Of a stretch of 64,000 nucleotides of DNA, positions 51,701 through 62,805 are shown one piece after another. Position numbers and translations under genes: made by a program. The DNA comes from Klebsormidium nitens (taxonomy: Eukaryota > Plantae > Klebsormidiophyceae): the NCBI GenBank assembly GCA_000708835.1, contig DF237330.1, positions 26,261 to 90,260 of the forward strand, written 5' to 3'. A model generated the notes under the pieces. It made no database searches. It was given only the letters and a program-made list of their open reading frames with translations, and had not been told where the DNA came from. Within the stretch, counting starts at the first letter, position 1, and every line of letters starts with the position of its first letter.

Positions 51701-54700
51701 TGATGGAGGTATCGCCACAATATTCGTCCTTTGACAAGCTGACTTTATGTTTGAATCAAGGAAGCAAACCTCGAAGACCCATGAGCAATACATCGATTGA
51801 AGGATGACCGACTCAACCTGGTCCAGTTTGAAGTGGCCTATATTTCTATCAGAATCACTGGCAGACCTTATAAGCCTGAGAAACGGTTGCAAATTCCTTC
51901 GGTTTGTTTGCATGCGATGTGAAGTATAACATTGTGTACAGGAAAATTTGAGGGTCCTTGTTCCGTCAGGGCTGCGTTTGCAACCATGGATCGACGTCGT
52001 CGTTATTCATAGAAGTCTCTGCCGAGCATGGTTGCTGTTAATCTGACTGCCCGCCAATCTACCAGCTAGACAGATCAAGTGGATTCCGATTAGATTTTTG
52101 GAATTGTGATCGTCAAGCTTAGAGTGCCCAGCTCGATTGCATACAGCTGTGCTCCTGCATTAAGAACCGCGCAGCAGAAGTAGTCAAGGACTGTAATGGC
52201 AACATCATGAGTCCCTTGAACCCCAGTCAAGCGCCTTAAGATATTGATGTTGATGAAGCTGCTTTACTTCACCGAATTTTGGTACTCTAATGCAGGTGGC
52301 GGTTATCGATATCACTGAAGGAAGTTTCCGATTCAGGACAAGGATTCGGATATTTTCGAGAGGTGTGGGTGCCGTATTTCGAGGAGCTAAGAAGCTCATC
52401 GAGGGAACCTTCCGGGCCGGGATAAATATCATTTTTAGTGTGTTCCAGGTGCTAAATCCAGGAATAGCCCCATCACGTGAGTCTTTGAATTTTACGTGCT
52501 TAGTCTGGACACGGTTCTTGTGCTTCGTTCTTGTGGCTGTTCAGATCTTCGTCAACATGTCAAAGTTGCTTGTATAAGGTTTGAAGACGTAATAATCATG
52601 CGTAGATAGCATCCACCTATAACCAACTAGGTTTCTATGTATGCTCTCTGCTGGCCCCTTAAAACTGTTTGGTCACGGTTTTGCCACGCAGTGGGCCCCA
52701 CGTGGCCAGCTTTCAGCAAGATGAAACCAGGTCTGATGATTCTGCATGAATGATTCTGTGGATTCTGTTTCAGCGCTCTGAACTCCGCGATGTACTTGCA
52801 GCAATTTGCGAAGAGGAATGCCCCTACCGCAACCGACAAGGAGATCTTGTCTGCAAGAATATGTGTACGGGTGGCGGGCAATTGTGTCCCACATATCCGG
52901 CAGATCCAAACGGCTGCGGCACGAGCACTGGTAAGCTACTGGGTTCATTGTTTCCATGCTGCAACAGTTAAGATTTTAGGGTACGCAGAGATTGCAAGGT
53001 TCTTTAGGATTCAACAAGACGGTCAACCTTCAAGCTAGGCGTCCCGACAACGACTTTTGTCGACTCTGCTTTAAAAGCCACAAGCGGTTCAATCGTAGTA
53101 TAAGGTGGACGTCCCAGGCCGGCCCAAGCTAGGTCGTTCTTGCTTCCCTCGTGGTGGTACGTAGATACGTACCGGCCAGAATATCAGCAGTATCGCCGAG
53201 CGGCTTGCTTTTCCATCGAACTTATTTAGTTTCGCAGGTTAACACCGTGACACAAGTTCATCCACGATATTGCTTAGTATCTCCATATTGCTTTCGCATT
53301 TTTTACCACTTCATTTCCTTCAACATTGCGTCCCGTTCAATTTTTGATTGTGGAATCAACTTGCAACTCGGAAAGCAGGGCTCGAGCTTACGTATTTACT
53401 TGACCTGTTCACCTTGGTTAGATAAGAACGTGCACTGTCACTTCGCACCTGGATTCAATCGTCCAAACCAGGCTGTAGTAGGTGGGATGAGTTCTTTCGG
53501 TGAGGGGAGCCTCAATAAAATTAGCGGGTCAAAAAGTTTGGATCGAAAGATAAGGGGCAATCCTAGAACTCGGATATTGATCTCAGGATTCCATGGATCT
53601 TCGTACGGTTACTTGGAACTGTAGATCCACGGGTTTTGAAATCTTCAAACTTGTCTCCAAATTCCAGCAAATTCAAGTTGTGACGCATAGGGCGCCTTGG
53701 CGAACCGGAGGCAAACAGGGGCAGAACCGGAGCATTCCGCTCCGGAAAAATGGCGGACGAACCGGAGCTGGGCCCCGGTTTGAGGCCGGTTCGGAGTGAA
53801 CAGGAACCGGTTCTTGCAAATCGGAGCCGATTCTCAGAACCGGTTCCTATTCTTCGCAAACCGGCCTCAAACCAGAGCCTAGCTCCGGTTCGTCCGCCAC
53901 TTCTCCGGAGCGGAATGCTCCGGTTCGGCCCCGGTTCAGCTCCTGTTTGCAGCCAAAGCTCCCAGGCTGTGCCGAGCTCGATCAGACTCATTAAGCTAGC
54001 TCACGATGAATAGGACCTAGACGACCGATGACTCAAACTCGATAGCGACGACGTTGACTCTAGTAATCTCCTCCGGCCCGCCTTCAATCCGCGTAGTATT
54101 GTCTTTGTCTGACATTGGCACGTGGTTTGCAGGGATTGGACCTATCGTCCAACCAATAGTCGATTTTGTGGCAGCAAATAGTGGTCAATATGCCAGCTCC
54201 TACTTTCAAAACGCATGTGATCATCATGATATATGTTACGGGTCGCCAGGGAAGAGCCAAGAAAACTGCGATCGCGAGTTGCAGTTGCGCTTTCAAGGTG
54301 CTTGTGCCGAAGCGTATCCAATATCTTCTTTGCCACTTTTCATCACTAATGGATACTTTCGCACCAAATGCCTGGGCATCGCAGTTATCATGGCGACTAG
54401 TTTGAGGTAAGCGATAGTTACTTTTCGTGCCCAACTAAGCTCTTTGATGCTCAGATCTACTAGACAGGAATGTGACGTCCGGTGAACGGCCTAGCTTAGG
54501 GCCGTCTCTTAAGTTCACCTGTAATTGAATGATCACTCATTGGTTAAATAGAGCCTTATCAGTGATACGGCCTACTTTCTGAAAGAGAAGTTTCATTACG
54601 AATCGGAAGAATCATTGAATCGAAAATCAGGCAGTGTACCGCAAGGGCTCTGCGAATCTGTGTTGAAATTGTTCAATCTTGCAGGATTGGTGGCACTTCT

Positions 54701-55610
54701 GCACACAGTAATGGACAAGATCTCACAAAGACTTTCTACACTTCCCAGTAAGTCCATTATTTATGCAATCTGATTCATGCAGAACGTTTTCCTTTGCCTC
54801 TGGCCTGGTAGCCTCGCGGTGTCGTAGGCCGGGAGCATATTACACCATGGTGTAGTATAGTAGCTCTTCATCTGGTAATGATACATAAGAGACGTCTTTA
54901 ATGCCGATGATGGGTAGATTTAATCATGTCGTTTGTATATGCTAAACGATTTTGATAAGCAATATGCATGTCTCAGACCAATGACGTGATTGACGTGATT
55001 TACACGAGTTACTGATCCGTGCAAGTGCCAGACTATATTGCAGGAACCTTGGCCTGGATGTGGAACGGCTTAATTAAGAACATTCTAGGACTTGAAGGTC
55101 TTCATAAATCGAAACTCTCAATGGCACTTTTAGCGGCCTCAATTGGACTTCCCACACTTTATCTTTTTGAAATCTAATGATGCTTGTTGTACGGATACCC
55201 GAATCGCTAACATTATATCTCTCCTTGTATTCTTTTCTAGTTGCACAGCACCAACAAGCCCACGCGTCTGCTTTGGTGCCGAGGTCGAAAAAGGGGTAGC
55301 AATTCTTGAATTTCGCCCCGATTTCATTCGTACCAATGCTACATCAGAGTGCCCTGGGGACTCTTATGTGTGTATTGATACCTATCAGTCGGCCACAAGG
55401 TTTGACGGTTTAGAAGCTGCATCGGATGAAAGGTACAACGGCACCCTTTACGAGTTCTACTCACCGGCGTTCGTTGGGCTTACCAACAGATTCGTCGGGA
55501 TCTTTGCCGGTAGACTTGGCCTGATCTGCAACAACATCACTACTCCGCAGCCATATGGAGCTCAAGTCAAGGCAATATTCTGTCAGTGTTTGGGGATCGG
55601 GCCTTCTTGA
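45790..55610 (+). CDS. Secreted multidomain protein: signal peptide, 3x PAN/Apple, Cys-rich module, SEA-like segment, secretory phospholipase A2 (His-Asp), unknown C-terminal domain; 11 exons, ~747 aa
   Basis: Exons 45790-45955 (GC donor), 46541-46807, 48286-48558, 49939-50208, 50958-51083, 51584-51708, 52296-52448, 52774-52930, 54133-54406, 54685-54747, 55241-55610 join in phase without stops (2244 nt). Hydrophobic leader VAVTYSLLCLTSSVDA. Three DFxGxDINNG..CCxxC..CVxWxW..CWLK PAN-type repeats. PLA2 motifs PNGCG, NACDHHDICY, NCDREL. Confidence 0.85.
47044..47434. mobile_element. ~391 bp MITE with 26 bp TIRs (Tc1/mariner-pogo-like ends) in intron 2 of the PAN-PLA2 gene
   Basis: Left cagccactgcacgaacgccgacaatt (47044-47069) versus reverse complement of 47409-47434, cagtgactgcacgaatgccgacaatt (23/26). 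TA follows the right end and GA precedes the left. The interior is non-coding and GC-rich. Confidence 0.75.
53711..53950. repeat. ~240 bp foldback (long inverted repeat) rich in GAACCGG motifs, in intron 8 of the PAN-PLA2 gene
   Basis: Left arm gaaccggagcattccgctccgga..tggcggacgaaccggagct..ggtttgaggccggtt..aggaaccggttct..aatcgg pairs with right arm ccgatt..agaaccggttcct..aaccggcctcaaacc..agctccggttcgtccgcca..tccggagcggaatgctccggttc. The centre is at ~53825. Confidence 0.88.
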
Positions 55611-57398
55611 AAATTGCAACAACTGCATGTGGACACGTGGACAAGTGAACTTTCAACAATTTCCGTTGGATTTGTCGTAGGCTCTCGGATGTCTAGGGCT
55701 GGGTTAAAGGTTCGAACTGTAACGTCTATAGCCTCGCACTGACTCAGCCTCCAGTCCAACCCTCTTATGCGCCGGGCAGTGTGTCCAAGTCGGTGTCAGG
55801 GTGGAGTGGAGCCAGTGGAGAACATTGGAACCGTTCAAGATGGCCTAGGGTGCTGAATCGAGCAGTGTACATAGTATTCTATGTGGGCTGTACATATTTG
55901 TTACTGGTGCATACATGTAGACTCTATGCTTTCAATGTTTTCACGTGGAGACCGACTCGGACGTCGGAAACAATGATTAGCATTGCGGGTTAAAGTCCAC
56001 GTGCATGGAGAGAAGGAGGAGGAGGCACGAGCCTCGGAGAACGTCGGAGAAAGAAACTTTGAGTAATGTACGTTAGGGCTGCATTGTAGTTCGAAGAATA
56101 GGTATTGGAAAACTAAGCCTAAAAGTATGTATGTCCAGAGATTCCATTTTTGTTTGAATCTCTTGAAAGTTGAGCAGGAAGTAGAAAGGTAGGAAAGACT
56201 TGGACATGAGAATATCCCCTTGCAAATGCAAAGGTAGATCCAAACGAGCTGCCTTGCGCCTTTTTTCTGATCGTTCACTGATTACGGTGCCGACGTGATC
56301 GTCGCACTGGCAAACGTACCGTTGCCAGCTGCTCGCTTGATGTCACGTCTTGAAGTCCGAAGCAGTTCAAAACTTAACATCTGCATTGCTAGATTGAATG
56401 AAAAGTTGCATCCGACACAAAGCGCGCCGAGCTGATCAAATCAATTTAAGTTACATAGAAGTCGGGCCGCATTGGGCGGCCCGGCCATGCACGGGCAGGC
56501 CGGCCCGATCATGCAACCGGACTCGAAATACTTGATCGCCAGCGGTTCTAGGGCAAGTGATCGTCGATCGAGTTATGGCCATAGACGGTCGATCGCAATT
56601 GTCTCAGTATAATCTCGATTGAGTTTATCTATTGGCCAACTGTGTAACGTCGGACATGCAAATCGTATAGGCGGTCACTCCGTGCACTTGACGTACGCAT
56701 TACTTAGTAGCTAGAAGGTATAAATGTATTCAAGAGTAACTTCGGTTTCAATCAGCTCATGCTATACGTTTGCCAGGCACGGGCCAGATGTTGGCCGATC
56801 ATCGATCAGCGCAACACGCGCCGTTAGTACCGTCCGTCCGATCGCTGTCACTATCATTGCACCACTACCGTACGTACTCCGTGTATCATTGATGGTGTCG
56901 GATTCACATTGGGTGACTCACATCTGCAAAGGTACGGTATCGTCGTATTTGTTTGCGTCAGATCAAGACTGAGATTCATAATACCCCAGTTTGCGGAGAA
57001 AATACACTGTTGCGGTACGTGCGGGACTCTGCGACCTGGGGGCTAGCCGCACGCACAGTCCTCTATTCTGTGTCCGAGTTCGGATGAGTCCGACTCAGCG
57101 ATTGTTTGATTATCCTAGACGTCACTCCCCATCCATATACTAGAAAAGTACACGAAGCGTGCTAGTGCACAACATTCAACCCTGTCAAGCTCGCTTAATG
57201 AAGGATTCACGGCAAATACACTTCTTATTGCATGTGCCCTCCTCTACCCCCTAGCTGCCCCAAGTTCTCTTCCGGTTGGTGACTCAAGTGACCCTATCGA
57301 ATCCCTATATAAAATACCCACCACGTGCATGCCACTACCATCTTCCGTTTCAGGCTACCGGGGAAGCTTTGCTGAGAAGAACCAGCAGACTTGAGGCG

Positions 57399-60300
57399 CT
57401 ATCTTATGTCAATTGTCTCTACACAGAGCTTGATGCGCCGCGCTCTTTGAAGACTGTCGAGAAGGAGGCTCTCCGACTCAACCACCCGTTCCCGCTCGCT
57501 GATCTCCCGTGCAATTTCGGCGAGCAAGAGGGCCCTGCGTGAGTCCTCTTGTGCCTCATCAAGCGCCAACTCCTCGGATTTTTGCTTGCCGGGTGAACCC
57601 CGGCCTTTCCTCTTGTTTCTCGGCTTTGTTAGTGCGAAGCTAGAGGGAACGAGGGCCACGGAACGTGTTGCACGCTTTCGGCCTTTCCTGGGTTTCGACA
57701 GGGTGGGCGCATTCGCGGGAGGACAACATTTGGGGGACAGTTGTCCCTCCTCCAAAGACGTGCCAAGGCCCGTGAGCCCGAACAACGCCATGTCGCGGTC
57801 GATGAAGGACGTTGACATCGTGGGGCTGTCCAAATCTGGCGTAAGGACGGGAAAGCGAGGGTGAGAAATGGAAATTTTTGGAGTGCAACCAACTGATAGC
57901 TGAGTAGTTCGGCTCGGGGGTAGCTTTCCACTGCTGGATTGATATCAAGTACCCGCTTCTGGCCGGGTTTTTGCAAGGAACTGGACGTTCAGAGATTGAC
58001 AATCGATCAAAGCAAAAACTAAGAAAGCTACGTTTATGTCACCTGTTCAAGATGCATGAGAAGGACACACCAGGAGCTCTTTGCCTTCTTTCTCGTCTTT
58101 CTCTCAGATAACGGTGCCTTTTATTAGCGCCTCCCATAAAAGGACTTACGATAGTAGATGGTAATGGTCCGGATATTTTAAGCTCACTGTTGTCCCCGCA
58201 GGCTCGACAAGGACTCAAAAGCACGGTTAGGACGTCTGTCCACACGTTGAAGCCCTCGGAACTCAACATCTGACTAATGGGGAAAAAACGTACGCAAAGG
58301 CAGATGCGTGTCACGGTTTGAATCTGAGAAGCAACCCGTAGTGGCAAAAACTTACCTTCGGTTTCATTGCAGTTTCGAGTCGACTCGAGGACTGTTGGAG
58401 CATCCATCGAGGGAATCACAACTCTGTAGAGAAAACCACAAGCGCACAAACATTAGTTGCCCCAAAAGATGCACGTGAAAGTAGTCCGGGACTGGGGCTC
58501 CCTGAGTTTGCAACGGCTTTTGCAGCGGCAAGCGTACTCTTTTTCCCATGTGATGCAGTGTAAAGCAGCTTCTAAAGTAGAAAGGCTTGGATTCCGGTTC
58601 AGCAACTACACACGATTCAAGCGGACTCGTTTTTGAAAGCACGACTAACTTCTTGATAGGTTGACGAAAGGAGCTCTGCCCTCCCTTTTGTCCCTTCTTG
58701 ACGATTATCAGGACTAAGGTGTTCATTCAAACAGATTCGGCAGTCCTGTCAGGTACCAAGTACTACGAGGGGATGGCCAAGAACCACTGCCACAGCGGCA
58801 AATCCTTCCTCACCTGGCCTCAACGGACGGCCGAAATCGCTTGGCAGGAACCGTGACGACAAACGTCGCCTTCTTTGACACGTGGGGCCTGATGGTTGGC
58901 TCCGCCTGCCTGGCCCCCGTGAGAACGTCCATCTCCGAAAAGCTCCGCTTGAGGCTCCGGTTCCGGGGCGTGTCTGGGACGGTTACTTCCGGGGGGGCAG
59001 CGGTCAACAGACACGGCAGGCTCTTGAACGACCCCAGAAGCGATTGGCCCAACAGGGACCACTCTTCCGGCCCCCCCGGTTCATTCCCGTCAACCGCATG
59101 AGGCGCGTCTCCGTCCGGCAGGGGCACGTGTTCCAGCAGAGCGGCTAGCTCCACGTCCGACATGTCTGGAAGCTCCAGCGAAGAACCCCCCGGAAGCAGG
59201 GCCTCCGACTTTGGCCCCCCCTCAGTCAGACTCGTAGCTTCGTTGGTGAGAGCTAAGGGGCCGCCTTGCTGCGAGAGGTTATTTGGCACCGCCCCGCAGT
59301 CCTTTTCGCCGCCCGTAACCCCCCATGTCAGCTCAACTGAGAGTGGATCTACGAACGGCTGGGCCACAGAACTCGCGGGGTCCGGAACTATCGTCTGCGG
59401 CAGGCTCGCACTGATGTGTTGCTGGCGTGCCTGCCCATCAGACTCACCCCCGACAGGGTTGGGAGTTTCGACAATTTTCTTAGCGGGCCCTCTGGGGGAG
59501 ACACGTGGCCCCTTGTGGGGAGCTGCCTCCGACTCTTCCCTTCTAGGACGTTTCGGGATCCGAGCGGATTCCTCGTCCGCTTCTGCCGCAAGTGTGTTGC
59601 GGTGAGGCAGCCTAGGAATCTCCCCTAATACCGGCCTGTCCGTGGCACCTGTTTCCCCTTGGTTTGCCGCCCTGGTCAGGGCCTCGAAAGTGGGTCGTTG
59701 AGCTCCCAGTTGCTGCAGGTCTCCGTTCTGTGTTTGCTCCTCCAAACGACTTGGCACTTTCGGAATTCTTGCGTGAACACTTTCCGTAGGGCTGACTGCA
59801 CCTTGGTCGGACGATGCCACGTGGCAGTCTTTGGAGGGTGGGCAGAGCAGAGGCGGCGCATGGTTCGGGACCTGCAGACGTTCTCAGTGTCAGTTCCTGC
59901 TTCTAGAAGTGGAAGCCTTCAGATACTCTGGACTGTATTCTCAGTAACAGGTGGTGCTCTGAGCGCCTTGCCAAAAAGAGGCAGTATGTGCAGTACCAGA
60001 TTGCGTGTAAATCACATAGGCCGTAAAACCCAAAGCTTACAGATCGGCACTGGGGATTCGCCGTGCTTCATGACGCAAACAACGGAGAACCCTCTGATGT
60101 TCAAACAGTAGGAAGTGATTTGCCTGAAGCACCAGAAGGAGGTGTGACTTTCCCAGCCGGTTTAGCCTTCTGATTCAAAGCTGGCACGAGCTAATCACTA
60201 ATATAGAAGAAGATTGATGACAATTCAGCTGCGTGGGGTCATGCAGAAGTAAGTCCAAAGCAGACCATCAGGAGAGCCCTGACTATCATTTTGATTCAGT

Positions 60301-62805
60301 GACGAGATGCTGCAGAGTCATATCCACCTTGCTTCGCCACCTCTGCTGAAATAGTTCGAGAACAAACGTTCATGACTCCGAAGTTCCCGCCACGCAGCAC
60401 CTGCGCTGATCCCTCTCTATGCAAAAGATGAATCAGCCGTCGACATAACTACAGCTTCAAGTGGGCATAATGACATTACGCAAATTGCATCAGAGAAGTT
60501 GACCTTGAGTATATAGAAAAACACACGGAGGCGTCACGAGAACCCACCTCAGGCAGGTCCTTGGGCACATTGGCACTCCCGCTGTTGCCGGGTACACCTT
60601 CCTTAGCTCCGTCGCATGGCGTTCCGTTGCATGGCAGACCACTTTCGCCTCCTGCCAAGTCGCCTGAGCGCGCCGCTCCAGAGGCCGACCCCCTTGCCCC
60701 CAGCTGCTGTGCCCCTGTTTGCCCCTTTGGTTTGCAGCGACCTTGCCCTGGTCCCTTGTGCGCTCCCGCAATCCTGGCCGAAAGCGCCAAGTCGTCGACC
60801 GAATCAGCGGGGTGCGCCACGGGACCGTCTCCCACGCTTGCCCGGCTGGTCGTACTCGCGCCACCTGTCCCGATCTCATTGGCTGGCTGCGCAGCTTCTG
60901 CGGCAAAGTGACGAAATCTGGTCAGAACCATGCTCCCAACTGGAATCTGCAAAGTCAGAGGCGTTCTCTACCGGGCCAGATTGAGGCGAAGGCTTGTCTC
61001 AAATCTGCTTTTACTAGGTATAAGTTCTGAACCCGAAGCACCTAATCGAATCTGCTCGACTGGCCTGAGCCACTAAAAATGAATTTCGTGTGGGCTTCAC
61101 AATAGTGTAGGATATCAGATTGCCAAGGGTTGAGGACGAGTGAGAAAGGCCTGCTCGTTTTCCACAATAACAACAACCATAGACACAAGACACGTACCAG
61201 GTCCCAAAACCAAGGCCTTAAGCATACACGCGGAAGTCTGCAACTGCATATACCAAGGATCCATATACACGGAAGTCTGCAACTGCATAAACCAAGGTTT
61301 GCTAGTCAGAACTCGTGTGCAGATCTGGATAGAAAAATCTACACCTTCTGGCAGTTTCAAGCTTCCTCTCTAGGCGTGGGCCGATCAAGAGAGAGCGGCC
61401 TTCTCCAGCATTTATCCACACTTGTCAAAAATCTGAACGAAACAAGGGGGCCCACAAATTCCTCACCTTCTGGAGGCGTGTCCCCAGACCGCGACGCCTC
61501 AGCCTGCTGGCAACCTTCCGTCGGCGCAGACTTTGTACCAGCCTCATCCCCTTCCCCTACGCCACACAATTCTGGGCCCTGTCCGACTCCCAAGGTGGCA
61601 CCTTGGAGACCGTCCGCTGCAGTCTTGAGGCAAGCTGATGCCTTTGACTGTTCAAAGTGGTGCACATCGTGCAGAGCCCCGAGCTTACAAGGGTTCCCAT
61701 TGCCTGGTCCGGCTCCAAAGGCAGCACCTTGGGGAATGTCTGTTGCGGTCTTTGGGGAAGCTGCCTCGGCTGTTTCTGGTGCTGTTGACTGTTCCACGTG
61801 GTTTACATCCTGCACAGCCTCAACCTCGCAAGGGGATACTTTGGCGATCTTGCTCCCCTCAAACACCTCAGCCGTCCCCCGGCTCATAGTCTCTGGCGCA
61901 GCATTGCCAGAAACCCCCTCCCGGCTTCCGTTCTCAGTCGCCGTTTGTGGTCCTGAGGGCCCCGTATTCACGGAGGCCGGCGTTGCATCTGCAGCTTGGA
62001 ACCCCTCGACCGGTGTGCCATTGGTTGCCAGGGGGGGTATGAGTGGGGACGCTTCAGCTGGGCTTGCCGAGGGCTGTTTGGGTTCCTTGAGCGTGGGTGA
62101 CGCGAGGCCGGACACTTGTTGTGGGCTCATACCTCCCAAGAGCTCCGCTTCACTGATAGGGCCCCCCTCTCCATGCGCAGCCGGTCTAGCTTTCTCGGGG
62201 TTTGCCAAGGGGCTGGGTGAAAGCGTCGACTCGACTGTCGACGGACGCTTCTCTGACTGTGACCGTGCTTCAAAACCGCCTCTCTGGATCTCCCGCGCCT
62301 CATCCGGTCCCGCCTTTGTTCCGACCCCCAGCATTCCGCTGGGAAGTGGTTGCGGGCACAGGAAAGGTGCCGCCTTTCCATCCCCCCTGTCGAGCCCATC
62401 GCTGGTCGTCTCTCCCCACGCCTCGATGCCACCCAGTGCTCCCGTCTCTTCCCCCTCATTGCTCACAGACTGATGCACTCTCCTCCCGCTTTCATGCCGC
62501 TGCTCGACTTCTATCCCTTCCCCCGACCGCCTGCAATCAGCTTCCCAAGCCAGGAAATCGAGCACCTGGTTCCAGAGGCCACCCCGCCTTGCGCTTCGTC
62601 CAATGTTGCGCCATCTGATCGGGCGCAAGCGCGCCGGCAGATCCACATTGTGTCGGGAGCTGCTGGGCCTCGCACTCGTGATCTCCCCTTCCTCAGCTCC
62701 TTCCGGGGTCTCAAACTGCCACTCTGTGATCCGGGGGATGACAATCTCCTCCTCACGGAGACTTTCAAAGCGCAACCTTTTTGGGGAGGGGCCGCGGGGA
62801 TCCAT
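57399..62805 (-). CDS. Hypothetical ~1083 aa, largely disordered protein with basic NLS-like clusters and a C-terminal coiled coil
   Basis: Long minus-strand ORFs join in phase as 61467-62805, 60548-60897, 58814-59871, 58356-58423, 57399-57835 (3252 nt). Rich in Pro/Ser/Glu/Gly/Ala; PSPKRLR, KPRKGRKR and RNKRKGR clusters. No recognisable family. The start and extra upstream exons are uncertain. Confidence 0.6.

Noticed and set aside
54040-54065. CTAGT resembling a Helitron 3' end
   Set aside because: No convincing GC-rich hairpin just upstream and no matching 5' TC end or Rep/helicase.
56460-56620. GC-rich imperfect palindromes (cgatcg..tatggccata..cgatcg)
   Set aside because: Short and imperfect, with no TIR/TSD pair or recognisable RNA structure.
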